From the NCBI GenBank assembly GCA_043228905.1, contig JBHGNT010000011.1, positions 8,432,001-8,496,000 of the forward strand: 64,000 nucleotides of DNA, in the 5' to 3' direction. The first letter of the stretch is position 1. Each line of letters starts with the position of its first letter. The notes beneath the pieces were generated by a model that saw only the letters and a list, made by a program, of their open reading frames with translations, made no database searches and was not told the DNA's origin. Positions 34,601-48,700 of the stretch are shown here, one piece after another. The stretch comes from Azolla caroliniana (Eukaryota > Plantae > Polypodiophyta). The translations under genes were made by a program, and so were the position numbers.

Positions 34601-35746
34601 GCCTCCGATTCGGCTCCGGTAAACCCCGACTTCACGGTTTCACCGATTCGGATATGTCGGCTGATGCGGATACCAGCCGGTCAACATCGGGATATGTTAT
34701 GACATATGCAGGGGGAGCTGTTTCATGGCAGTCGAGGCTGCAGAAGACGGTTGCGTTGTCAACCACAGAGGTGGAGTACATGGTAGCCGTGGAAGTCGGC
34801 AAGGAAATATTATGGATGAAGGACTTCATCGGAGAGCTAGGGATCCGACAAGAGGAATACCGGCTCTATTGTGACATTCAAAGTGCCATCCACCTTGAGA
34901 AGAACGCGGCGTATCATTCCAGGACAAAGCACATCCAGTGGAGATACCACTGGATCCGGGAGCGAGTAGAAGATCGAGAGTTCGTGCTGACGAAGATCCA
35001 CACAAAGGACAACGAGTCCGATATGTTGACCAAAGTGCTTACACCGGACAAGCTAGATGCATGCAGGAAGAGGCTAGGATTGACAAGGCATCCCATGCTG
35101 GAGTGAAGGGGGAGTTTGTTAGGATTTCAATCCCTCCGGATGGGATGATGAGTACTCGACAAGGAAGACCCGGTGAGAACCGGATGATGAGTACCCGCAA
35201 TGAAAGACCCGATGAAAACCGGATGACGTAGGCCCGGTGAGAACCTCTCACCGGATGAAGGGACATAGATGTAAATATGTTTCTGTTAGCCCATTGTGGC
35301 TATATTTGTAAATAGCCAAAAGTCATATTAGTATAAATATGACCTAGGGCAAACACTATTGTGTGTGTTGGTCATTCTTTGCTGTCATTATTTTTGTTGT
35401 ACAAAGTTATTGGTGTAACTACTGTACAAAGCGTAACAAAGAGAGCGAGAGAGAGCGATACAGAGAGTGTGTCTCTGTTGTAACCGCTACCAGGCGAAGG
35501 TTGAGAGCAAGAGGTCGTTGCCTCTGTGCTTCCTGTTGTATTCCTTGACATAGTGATAGTTTGGAGTTAGTGGGCTCCCCTGGTTTTTCCCTCTCAGGGT
35601 TTTCCATGTTAACATACTGTGTACCCTCTCTCATATTATCTGTGTGTACGTGTATTCACCTCCATTCCCATTCTCGGTGTTCAATTCAAAACGACACGAT
35701 CTGAAACTCGGTTGTGGCCGAGTAATATTCCGCATATTTCGTGTCA
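31655..35746 (+). mobile_element. Tork/Tnt1-like Copia element G (5' LTR reduced to 23 bp, integrase core deleted)
   Basis: TSD GGTGT at 31650-31654 and 35747-35751. The remnant 31655-31677 matches the end of the 3' LTR 35117-35746. PBS at 31681. Gag MEDSLGGMFK. The junction RSRPPMR|LVDKKVF at about 33167 skips the DDE core. RNH 34462-35106. Confidence 0.92.
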
Positions 35747-38700
35747 GGTGTATCATTACGCCTTTATGATGAAGGTAGCATCAGTACGGGAGCCGGAAAC
35801 CCTTTCCGAAGCCGTAAAGCATCCGCGATGGGTCGACGCGATGAATGAAGAAATGCAAGCCCTATGCAAAAACGAGACATGGGATCTCATTCCTCACATT
35901 CCGCACAAGAAAGCGATTGGTGGCCGATGGATTTACAAAGTGAAACACAATGTCGTTGGCTCCATAAATCGCTTCAAAGCACGGCTCGTTGCAAAAGGAT
36001 ACGCACAAACGTACGGGGTTCACTATGAAGAGACCTTTGGCCCAGTGGCAAAGATGACAATTATGTGAACCGTGGTTGCAATCGCAGCAACAAAAGGGTG
36101 GCACCTCCATCAGATGAACGTGAAGAACGCCTTCCTCCAAGGGGAACTAGAGGAGGAAGTGTACATGATCCACCCACCCGGCTTTGAATCGCGCAATCAT
36201 TTGAACATTGTGTTCCGACTCAAGAAGGCACTCTACGGCCTCAAACAAGCATCATGTGCGTGGCACTCGAAGATCACTCAGTATCTGCATCAAATCGGAT
36301 TTCGAATGTCAAAATCTGATAATACATTGTACATCTGAAACAAGTCAAAGAGCCCGATCGTGATCATCCTATATGTGGATGATTTGGTCATCGAAGGAAA
36401 GGAGCTCGCCGAGATTATCAAGGTCAAATCACTTCTCTCCGGCAAATTTGAAATGAAAGACCTGCACGAGCTCCATTACTTCTTGTTGAGAAATCGTTCG
36501 GTCAAATCACAATAAATGAATTGTGCTGAAATACGAATCACAGATATGCCAGAAAACAGGACAACAACGGTGCACAGAGATTTAACATGGAAACCCTAAA
36601 ACGGGAGAAAACCACAGGAACATAGCTTCACTATGTATAGTGGATATACAACACAGAATGTTACAACACTCCTTCGAGTGTATCAGCCATGCAAGGCTCT
36701 TGGCGTTTGCTGTTACGCACACAATTATGGCGCCGCTCTCACTCACTCTCTCTCTCACACGTTTTCACGCTACTTCTGTTCTACACACACAAGTGCAACG
36801 TTTTGCACTAAGCATATTTATATTTATACACTTTATAGGCTATTTACAATTGTAGCCATTGCTAAATATCATTACAATTATTCCTATAACAATAATAGTC
36901 AAACTATTAAACAGTTGACTCTCTGTTTTCGACTCTTCAACTGTCGACTATTTCCGAAACAGTCTGCTCCTCATAGTTGTCGACTGTCAGCTACTCCTGG
37001 ACAGTCGGCTCCTCCTCCTGTGGGAGGGAATCTATCAATCCTATCTTCTGTCGACAGACTCTAAGTCTGTCCATAGGTAGGTTTTTTGTGAGCATGACAA
37101 ATCCATTATCATCAGTATGGATCTTCACAAGAGAAAACTCTTCTTCTTTGACTCTCTACCGCAACCAGTGATACCTTCTTTGTATGTGCTTGGTCCGAGA
37201 GTGGTATGCAGCAGTCTTGGCAAGGTGTATGGCGCTCTGGCTATCACAGTGAAGCAACAACTCCTTTTGCTTCATCCCTAATTCGTTGAGAAAATTTCTC
37301 ATCCAAATTAGCTCTTTGTCAGCCTCTACCACTACCATATACTCTGCCTCTGTAGTCGACAAGGCTACAGACTTCTGAAGTCGTGACTACCATGACACTA
37401 CTCCCCCTGCATAGGTCATCACGTACCCTAACATGGATTGGCTCGAGTCGACATCTCCCGACATGTCCGAATCGGTAAAACCTTCTAGCAGAGGTTTTCC
37501 GACACCATACCTTAGGCACACCCCCGAGGTGCCCTTTAAGTACCTGAGTATCCCCTTCACTGTTGCCCAGTGTTCTCTCCCTGGATTACTCATATATCGG
37601 CTTACGGCTCCTACATCAAATGCTATGTCTGGTCTCGTACAGACCATAGCATACATTAGACTACCGACGGCCGAGGCATACGGTACCTTCCTCATCTCGG
37701 CCTTCTCCATCTCCCCTCTCGGGCACTGCTTCGCATTTAACCTGCAATTTGTCGGCAACACTAAGCCGACTGGCTTTGCGTCTGACATGTTAAATCTCTC
37801 TAGGATCTTTGTCACATACTTCTGTTGTGACAACCATAGCACCTTTTGAGTTCTGTCTCGAACTATGTGCATTCCTAAGATCTGTTTAGCCGGTCCAAGG
37901 TCTTTCATGGCAAATGATTTGATGAGAGTTTTCTTCAAGCTTCCAATCTTCCTTGTATCTTCACCGACTATCAACATGTCATCAACATATAGCAAGAGAA
38001 TTAAGAAGTCTCCTTCTTTGTACATTTTGACGAACACACAGTGATCGACCTGTGTTTTGTGGAACCAGTGTTCCATCATGAAGGACTCAAACTTCTTGTA
38101 CCATTGGTGTGGAGCTTGTTTCAGACCGTACAAGCTTTTCTTCAGTCGACACACCAGGTTCTCTTTCCCTTTCTCCTCAAAGCCTTCGGGTTGCTGCATA
38201 TAGATATCTTCTTCTAGCTCCCCATGCAAAAATGCAGTTTTGACATCCAACTGTTCGATCTCCAGATCCATACTGGCCACTACGCTTAGAACAATTTGAA
38301 TGGATGTCATCTTCACGACTGGTGCGAATATTTCGTCAAAGTCGACGCCCTTTTTCTATTGAAAACCCTTCACCACTATGCAGACTTTATACCTAGGCTC
38401 ACTGTCGGCTTCTCCAGTCTTCACTTTGTAGACCCATTTATTCTTGAGTGCTCTCTTACCTTTCGGCAGCTCTACTAGGTCGTAGGTGAAATTCTTGTGC
38501 AAGGATTCCAACTCATCTTGCGTCGCGCTCAGCCATTTCGCTCTGTGCTCGTCGGCAATGGCTTCTTCATAGCACTCCTGTTCACCTTCATCAGTCAAGA
38601 GGATGTATTGGCTAGTATATGTAGTCAGTGCTTTCCTCTCCTTGAGTGGGTATCTTCTTCCACTCGTTGTTGGCTCTCTTTCGGATGTCTCTGCCAACTC

Positions 38701-38790
38701 TTCTCTCTGCTCGGGATTCTGCTCGTCAATCGGCCTCTCCTGGTTGGACAACTCCAACTCATATTCATCAATTGACCTTTGCAGCTCTGT

Positions 38791-41700
38791 TGTTACGGGC
38801 ATGACCATTTAATATCCCGTGGTGAGAATTTACCATAGTATTCTATACACGTGGATAAGTGTGAGGGTTAAACGAGAGTGTAAAGAAGGGGAGGATTACT
38901 TTTAATCCTCGGGATTGAGACAACCCATTAGGTCAAGTGTGAACTTGCCTGGGGGCCTTGGGTATCGCTATAAATAAGAGGCCTAGCTACCCTCATTTGA
39001 TGATCTTTTGACTACATTGAGACTCTGCTCTTGTGGTGGGTCAACTCTTGTAGTGAGCGCGCCAGCACCAGGTACGACTCGACGCCACGGCGGTGGTATG
39101 GGACGCCGATCAAGGCTCGAGTCCATCTCGATCCCTACGCTCGGGGGTGGTCGGGTGGATCGGCACCCTTCTTTCTCTTTCTCCTTTCTATCTATCATTT
39201 GTTTATCCTTATCTTAAGCTTACTTTAGTACTTAGATCTCTAATATTTGGTATTAGATTTATGTACTAATGTTTCTTTGTTTTTCATTTGTGTTTTGATT
39301 GATGCTGATCAATCGATGTGCGGTCGGCCTTGATCCAGACAACGATCAACAAAGAACTTCGGTAACTCTTTCCATAATTTTTCTTTCTATTCTCTCTTCT
39401 CCCATCTAATCATGTGTTTAGATTATATGTAATTTTTTTCATTAAGTCAATGATGTTGTAGTGGTCTTTAATTGATTATCTAAAACGTTTACATATGTGC
39501 ACGAGGTCAATACCTCGTTTGACATATTAATAATATGTGATGAGTGTCGTATGCGTACGAGGTTAATACCTCAATTACGTATTATGTTCACGAACATATG
39601 TTACGTTTGCGTATGAGTTGTTGATTTGTTGTAAACGATATGCGGTTGGTCTCATATGCGTAAGAGGTCAATACCTCAATTGCGTATTACGATGATCTCT
39701 TATTTGTGGATGTTTCGTGTGCGTAGAGGTATATACCTCGATTACATATCTCGATCACATCATTTGTGGCTATTTAATATAACGATATATCAATATAGGC
39801 ATATGTGGTCACGTATATACGTATTTGATCGTATATATGTGATAAGTAAACATATGTGTATATTCGTTATTACGTGATTATATCGAAAGTTGTCCTTGTC
39901 GGGAAAAGGATGTTGGTGGCCGTCCTCACATTTTTGTGAGAATGGCGTTGTCACCATCCCTTTTTCAACAATTTTTTATTGTTGACAACCACGTTGATGA
40001 CCTCGATTTCGTTACGTAAAGAAATGCCTATAACCATAATGATGTTGAGTACGTAGGGCTTGACCCATTTCAAGTGAGGTCGCTCCAATGACACACGTAT
40101 CCAACATCCCTCCCTCGTTACATGGATACGATGCCACCATGAGCTCGTTCTTACGAGAGGCATTCGTAATGACGTGACCATGTGATGGCCCACGTGAGAC
40201 TACTACGAAACGAGGGCTCATTTGGCTTGACCATTATGTTGCACTTTGGCGTATGCCATCGTAATTACGAGACTTGAGGTTAGGTAACGTACCAACATAG
40301 TTTTGGTAAATGAGGGCGAAATAAGGACCCTTGACATATATGTTCTTTAAAAAAAAAACATATATGATCAATTGCCTCGCATATCTCTTATACGCATCAA
40401 ACATTAAGCATTCGAGAAGAGCAACTTACTTGGTTGGCTCAGGTGTTTAATGTATTTGTTCTCAAGGTCTCGAGTTCAAATATGACCAAGACCATACAAC
40501 ATCCTTGATACATATGACTATAACACATGTTTAGACTTAAGGTCTAAGTGCACCTCGGGGTCCTCGTAATAGGACTTAAAGAGCCGAAACCACATATGTG
40601 GGCACCGAAACATAGTTTATTGTTAACATTTTTTTCGTGTATAAACTATTCATGACGCGAACATATATGGTTGAGCCTCGGGGAGCCACCATGAAAAAAA
40701 TCGATATAGAGATCAGGGAAAGACATTTATTTGTCACCCCTATGGTTTTTAAAACACCTTTGTGTTACCATAGTAACTTGATCTTGAACCTCATCTCATA
40801 CGTCTAGAGGGGTATTGACGTGAGATCATGATATCGATTAATGTTTGCCCATGATATGTTTACATCACGACATGATGTTATGACTATCTCTCTGACCTTA
40901 TCCTATTTCTTTTCCAGAAATAATCTTTAATGGCTCAAATTAACAACCCGATGTCATCCGCTCAAGCAGAAGGAACTCAAGGGAATCCTCCTGGACAAAT
41001 GTCCACTGAGATGTATTTGGCACAAATAACCCAATACCTTAGTTTCACCGCTCAACAGATGACCGAACTTCGGCAATCTCAAAGTGCTCTCGATGCACGT
41101 GTCATTAGTCTACAACGTGAGACTAATAGACCCGATGAGCGACAAGGTGAACCATCATTTGTCGTTAAGCCATTTACAGGAGACAAAAAGGAAAGAACCG
41201 AAGAAGCAATCTGCACATGGCTGGGACGATGGGAGTCTCATTTTGAGCTCTATCCCACGCCAGATAGTATGAAGAATGCATATGTCAGCCGAGAACTCGG
41301 GGGTAAGGCCGCCGCCTAGTGGCGTGGGCTCCGTACTATGGGGAAATTGCCCGATACCTGGACAGATTTTGTCACAGTTTTTAAGGGCCAATTTTTGCAA
41401 CCTCCCTCTCGAACCGAGGTAGCACAAGCTTTAATGAACCTCTCTAGCAGGAAATGTTCACCATGCTAGAACCCAAATCCAAAAATCAGGTCTAGAAGGG
41501 GACAATTGGTTGATAGCTTGTTTTGTCAATGGCATCCCCAATTCGGACTATCACTGGATAGTGCACGATAAGGATCCAAAATCCTTCGAAGAGACCGTTG
41601 AGATAGTTCTTCGCTATCAACGCACTTCGAAGAAGGACCACAACAAACCCAACGAAGCGCCCGGGACTAAGCAGTCGCAATTTGTTGGGAAACGCAAGAC

Positions 41701-44700
41701 ACCCAACGAATTCCTGGATCGTGATTGTAAGCGACAACATCCTTTTTGCGTATTCTGCAAAAAGAAGGGTCATACAAAAGATCAATGTCGAAAGCTCCAA
41801 CGGAAAGAGCACGACAACAAAGCTAAAGTTGCAGACCATAAAGGTCAGATTCCTAATGTCCTTCAGGTCTATACACATCATTTAAGTAATTGTCAATGTT
41901 CTTTCCCTCACTATGTATTGGGTCCCATGATTACTACGTGCAAACGGGTATATCAATGGATCTCCCGTACAATTTTTATTTGATTCGGGAAGCTCACACA
42001 ATTTTGTGAATGATCGTTTGGTTCAGATATGGGGAATCCAACCCACCGTAAGTGATCACACCTATACAGTGCACTTGGCTGATGGAAGAGTACAATACAT
42101 CAACGGGGCGATTCATTCATTAGGAATTTCTATTGATACTTATATAGAGGAAGTAGACTTCCATGTAATGAATCTTTGTACCACCGATGTAATACTGGGT
42201 TATCCCTGGTTTTATAATAAAAACTCTTCTTTATTTATTGATTGGGTTCATCATTCCATTTCTTTTGTACTGAACGATTGTACGCATTTTATTCAATGTG
42301 TAAAAAAACAATCTCTCTCGATTGTTTCCTCGTGTCCATCAATATCCGAGTTGTCTTGTTCAACATTATTTTATTGTGTACTTGATCCGAACATTCACAT
42401 TTACAATATCGATAATGTCCCGGTTCAATTAACATATTTTGAACAACAACTTGATGAAATCTTAAATGATTTTCATGATGTTTTTCCAAGTGAACTACCT
42501 GATGGGTTACCTCCTAAACGTAATATAGACCATCGTATAGATATTGTACCTGGTGTTGCACCAATAAGTATACCTCCGTATCGCTTAAGTCGATCCGAAG
42601 AAGATGAGGTATCTAAGCAACTCAAGGACTATTTACGAATGGGTTATATACGTTATAGTAAATCTCCATGGGGTGCACCAGTTCTCTTGGTTAAAAAGAA
42701 AGAGGGCACATGGCGTATGTGTATTAATTACCGACGCTTGAATAAAGTGACGATCAAGAATTCGTACCCATTGCCCCGGGCTGACGATCTAATTGATTGT
42801 CTCCAAGGAGCTCGGTATTTTACGAAACTTGATCTCCGTACTGGCTACCATCAAATACGAATAAGTGAGGACGATGTTCCTAAAACAGCATTTCATACGC
42901 GCTATGGCCATTACGAGTTTTTGGTTATGCCTTTTGGTTTGACCAATGCTCCGGCTACTTTTCAACAAGAAATGAATGACATTTTCCGAGAACAACTTGG
43001 AAAATTTGTCGTTATTTTCTTGGATGATATTTTAGTTTATAGCCGTACATTACAAGAACATGCTAGACATGTCCGCTTTGTTTTACAAACATTGCGTGAC
43101 AAACAGTTTTATGTGAAGATCTCAAAATGTGAGTTCTTCAAGAAATCAATTACTTATCTTGGACATCTCATAACCGAACGAGGAGTTGAAATTGATCCTT
43201 TTCGCATTGAGAAAATCAAGCTTTGGCCCACTCTTCGGAATATTCGAGAAGTTCGATCATTCCTTGGTTTTGTCGGGTTTTTGCGAAAGTCTCTTCGTAA
43301 TTACTCCCAATTGACGACGTCGTTTACTGATCTTTTAAAAGGTCAAACGCGTAAGTCTACAAAACCTATTGTGTGGAATGCTACACTAGACCTCGCCTTT
43401 AAGGAACTCAAGGACCTGGTTTGCAAGGCTCCTTCACTTCTTTTACCTGATCCTTCAAAACCTTTCGAGGTTGAAACCAATGCAAGCGATTATGCTATAG
43501 GTGTTGTCTTGTATCAAGATGGTAAACCAATAGCATTCGAGAGTAAGAAACTTGATTCTACTCAATGTCGGTATACCGTTCAAGAAAAGGAATTATTTGC
43601 AGTTATACATGCACTCAAAACATGGCGCCATTATCTTTATGGAAATCGCTTTGTGGTAACTACGGACCACGAGTCCTTGAAATATTTTTGTGAACAACAA
43701 GACCTGAAAGGTCGTAAGGCACGATGGGCTGATCTCATCCAGGACTTTGATTTTTCCATACGATATCGTAAAGGTTCCATGAATACTGTCGTTGATGCAC
43801 TAAGTCGCATCCGTGAAGTTAACATGCTTAGCTTCACTGAAATAACATCAGATCTTTATAATCACCTTCGAGGAAAGTATCCTGATGACAGTTATTTTGC
43901 AAAATACTGGGCAAGAGTTGAGTCTGGAACAGACACCACCACATCCTCGAAGGAATACTTCCACATTGCTAACGGTTTGCTCTACCGTAATGGGAAGGTT
44001 TGTGTTCCAGATTTACCCGAGGTCAAAAAGAGGATTCTTTTTGAATGCCATGATGCACCCTCAGCAAGGCACCCTGGAATACATCGTACACTCGTTCTCA
44101 TCTCCACTCAATTTTATTGGCCTCAGATGCGTCCCGACATACATAGCTATATGACTAAATGTCACCAATGTCAGGTTAACAAAGCCGAGCGACTTAAAGC
44201 CGCAGGACTTTTACATCCCTTGGACATTCCCAATAATAAGTGGGAAAGTATATCCATGGATTTTATTGTTAGCCTTCCTCGCACCCAAAAAGGTCATGAT
44301 GCCATCTGGGTTGTCGTTGATCAACTAACTAAAATGGCCAGATTTATTGCTACTAAAACCACGGTAACAGCTCCTGAATTGGCTTACCAATTCGTTGACG
44401 AATTGTTTCGTTTTTATGGGTTACCGATGGATATCGTGAGTGATCGAGATCCAAAGTTTACTAGTGACTTCTGGACGTAAGTCTTTAAGAAGTTAGAAAC
44501 TACGTTGAGCATGAGCTCCACGGATCATCCTCAATCCGATGGACAGACAGAACGAGTAAATCAAATTATTGAGGACATGCTTCGATCATACGTTGGTGCA
44601 AAACCAACAAAATGGGAACGCTATCTCCCAATTTTGGAGTTTGCTTATAACAGCTCCAAGCATACGTCGACGGGATATAGTCCTTTTATGTTGATGTATG

Positions 44701-45779
44701 GTTTTCAGCCACGAGCCCCGATTGATGTTAATATACATCATGATGAGTTGCGAAGTACGCAAAACTTTCTTCGGGATATGCAAGATATGTTGCATATTGC
44801 ACGAGATAATATAAAAACAGCTCAAGCTAGAGTGCGTTTTTATGCCGATCATCATAGGCAACCTCGTGTATTCAACCCTTGACAGAAGGTATTTTTACGT
44901 GTACCTCACAATTCTAAGACATTGTCTACGGGTAAGTGCGCTAAGTTAGCCCCATGGTTTTGTGGACCTTTTACAGTCCTCAAACGCATTGGGTCATCAG
45001 CCTATCGTCTTGCTCTTCTCGATGGTGTCGGAATTCATCCAGTCTTTCATGTGAGTCGTCTAAAAGAACTTCTAGGTTCTGGCGACAATACAGTTACAAC
45101 TGAAACTCTGGTTACTTTTGAAGAATTATCTTCTAAACCACATGTACCAGAAAGAATTCTCGATGTTAAAACAAAAAAATTACGTACTAAAGAAATCCGA
45201 GAATTTAAAATAAATTGGATGGATAAATCAATAAAAGATGCCACATGGGAACACGAAAATACTCTCAGAACTAATTTCCCTAACTTTCCATTGCAAGAGT
45301 GCAATGTTTTAAAGAGGGGGAGTATGTTACGGGCATGACCATTTAATATCCCGTGGTGAGAATTTACCGTAGTATTCTATACACGTGGATAAGTGTGAGG
45401 CTTAAACGAGAGTGTAAAGAAGGGGAGGATTACTTTTAATCCTCGGGATTGAGACAACCCATTAGGTCAAGTGTGAACTTGCCTGGGGGCCTTGGGTATC
45501 GCTATAAATAAGAGGCCTAGCTACCCTCATTTGATGATCTTTTGACTACATCGAGACTCTGCTCTTGTGGTGGGTCAACTCTTGTAGCGAGCGCGCCAGC
45601 ACCAGGTACGACTCGACGCCACGACGGTGGTATGGGATGCCGATCGAGGCTCGAGTCCGTCTCGATCCCTTCGCTCGGGGGTGGTCGGGTGGATCGGCAC
45701 CCTTCTTTCTCTTTCTCCTTTCTATCTATCATTTGTTTATCCTTATCTTAAGCTTACTTTAGTACTTAGATCTCTAATA
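38791..45779 (+). mobile_element. Ty3/Gypsy chromovirus element I
   Basis: 455-bp LTRs at 38791-39245 and 45325-45779 with about 9 mismatches. TSD TCTGT at 38786-38790 and 45780-45784. Degenerate Met PBS TGGTATTAGA at 39248. PPT AAAGAGGGGGAG. Confidence 0.96.
40930..45338 (+). pseudogene. pol: I gag-pol: Gag (CVFCKKKGHTKDQC), PR, RT (FLDD), RNH, IN, GPF motif and C-terminal chromodomain
   Basis: ORFs 40930-41319, 41510-41983, 42006-44480, 44505-44882 and 44922-45338 (PERILDVK...FKINW...DATWE). Several premature stops. Confidence 0.93.
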
Positions 45780-48700
45780 TCTGTCGTTTGTGATTCATAG
45801 TCAGTCGATCTCTCCGAGTCGATCGACTCAGATTCGGCTCTATCGGCCAGCTGTCTCCTTACAGTTGTCGGTGACGACTCACTTGGCCTTAAGTCAATGG
45901 TAGTCGAGGTAGACTGGGGAGTCGATTCTGACTTATGTTGCTTCCAGTCTTCAATTGTCTTATCTTCTAGAAAGACTACATCCCGATTTCTCACTACCTT
46001 CTTGTCGACTAGGTCCCATAGCCTATAGCCGAACTCATCTTCCGAGTATCCCATGAATATGCATGCCTTCAACGTACTGTCGAGCTTTGACCTTTGATCC
46101 TTTGGTACATGCATATACCCCAAACATCGGAACACCCTCAAGTGTTGGTAGGAGACATCATTCCCTGTCCACACTCTCTGTGGGACATCACCCTTTAATG
46201 GTACTGAGGGAGACCTGTTGATCAGATAAACAACTATGTACATCGCCTCAGCCCAATAGGATTTTAGTAGTTTCGCATGAGAGAGCATGCTCCTTACCCT
46301 CTCCATGATTGTTCAATTCATCCTCTTTGCAAGCCCGTTCAACTCTGAGGTCTTTGGCACTGTGTATTCGATCCGAATACCTTGGCACTTGCAATATTCC
46401 TCGAACTGCCCTCTGTACTCGCCACCATTGTCGGTTTGAACAGCCTTCAACTTCCGACCCAACTCTCATTCAGCTCTAGCCTGGAACTCCTTGAAAACCG
46501 ACAGTACTTGATCCTTCAACTTCAATACGAAGGCCCATGTCTTCCGACTATAGTCGTCAATGAACGTCACAAAGTATTTTCCACCTCGATGCGATGGAGC
46601 ATCCACATAGCACATGTCCATGTGTACTAGTTCTAGTGGCACTTCTCTTCTCCTTGGTGGTCTTGTGTGGAATGTTGCTCTATTCTACTTTCCGACTAAG
46701 TAGTCGATGCACTTCTCCAGGTGCACTCCCTTGACTTCTAGTAGAAGTTTCTTGTCTTCTAGCAGGTGCATTCCCTTCTCACTCATGTGGCCTAGCCTCT
46801 TATGCCATATTTCTCTTGCCGAATCGGCTGCCACATTTACTTCCGATTTGCACAGTTTGGCGTTCATCATATACAATGTGCCTTCTTTATGTGCTCAGGC
46901 CACTATAAGATTTCCTCGACAAAACTTCCACTTGCCATTTCGAAACCTACCACTATAGCCTTCGTCATCTAACCTTCCAGTTGATATCAGATTCAATCTG
47001 ATATCAGGGACATGTCGAACATCCTTCAGAGTCAGTCGACACATTGTCGACGTCGTTAAGCAAACACTTCCGACTCTGATTACCCTGCAATCTCCACTAT
47101 CACCCATCTTTACATAGCCATGATCCCCAGCTATGTAAGTCGCGAAATACTCTCTCGACAGAGTTATGTGGAACGATGCCCCGGAATCAATCACCCACGT
47201 GCAATCTTCACATGCAAGATTTCCACTCATCTCTTCACAAATGAACAAGAGTTCTTCATTGCTCGTAGCAATGGTCAAAGTGTTCTTCTCATAAGGAATT
47301 TTCCTGGGTTCAACATTATTTCCGACACTCTTATCTTTCTTTAAGTGTCGACAGTCCTTCTGGAAGTGTCCAGGCTTTCCACAATAAAAGCACACGGGCT
47401 TACCTCTGGAAATCGATCTAGCGTAGGATTTGTCCGTTCGTTGCGGACTTCTTCTTCGCTGGTCTCTTCCTTTGTCCATATGTTGAGTCAGATTCGACTC
47501 CGATTGGGACAGGAGTCCTTCGTCTTTCCTCCTTGCCTCCTCATTTAGGATACTTGTCTTCACCGTCTATAAAGACAAGTTCTCTTCTTGACAGGAGGTG
47601 CTGAGAGTAACCACCAAGTTCTCCTAGTTGTCCAACGGTGTGCACATCAGCACGATGGCCTGCATTGCATCATCCAAGGGAAACTTAGTCACCGCAAGTT
47701 GATTTACATACCCCATGAATGTGTTGATGTGTTCGACGATGCTCTCACCGTCTCTGTATTTCAGCCGTACGATTTTTCTCATCAGCGAGGTTTTATTGAG
47801 CACGTTCTTCCTCTCATACAGACCCGACAGCTTTTGCCACATTTCGTGGGCATTTGTGTCGTTCGCCACATGCTGAAGGACACTTACGTCGACGCACTAT
47901 CGAATGGTGGCCATTGCCTTTTTGTTTAGAAGTTTCCAATCCGACTCCAATACGCCCCTGGGTATGTCTACTCTGTCGACAGGCTCGTACAGGTCTTTCA
48001 CGATGAGGAGGTCTTCCATCTTTATCTTCCAATCTGCATAGTTTTGTGAGTTTAGAACTATCATACCTGGGAAACCGCTCACACCTCCTTCCATGCTTGC
48101 ACCTCAAGCTCTGATACCAGTTTGTTGAGAAATCGTTCGGTCAAATCACAATAAACAAACTGTGCTGAAATATGAATCATGGATATGCTAGAAAATAGGA
48201 CAACAATGGTGCACAGAGATTTAACATGGAAACCCTAAAACGGGAGAAAACCACGGGAACAGAGCTTCACTATGTATAGTGGATATACAACACAGAATGT
48301 TTGAGTGTATCAACCACGCAAGGCTCTTGGCGTCTGCTGTAACGCACACAGCTATGGTGCCGCTCTCACTCACTCTCTCTCTCTCTCACACGTTCTCACG
48401 CTACTTCTGTTCTACACACACAAGTGCAATGTTTTGCCCTAAGTATATTTATATTTATACACTTTATGGCTATTTACAATTGTAGCCACTGCTACATATC
48501 ATTACTATTATTGCTATAATAATAATAGTCGACTCTTTGTTTTCGACTCTTCAACTGTCGGCTATTTCCGAAACAGTCGGCTCCTCGTAGTTGTCAACTG
48601 TCAGCTACTCCTGGATAGTTGGCTCCTCCTCTCACTGGAGGGACATACTCCCAACACTTATAGGCGTCGAAGTAATTCGAACACCAGTCGAGATAATGAT

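Larger units (their letters stand above)
36484..48656 (-). mobile_element. Copia element H (Tork-like, diverged from E/F/G), host of I
   Basis: 5' LTR 48123-48656. 3' LTR 36484 to about 37029, with its inner end and the PPT lost. PBS TGGTATCAGAGC at 48108-48119 (minus). Imperfect TSD CTTCT/CTTAT. Gag from 48094, IN 45743-46876, RT 37387-38316. Confidence 0.9.
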
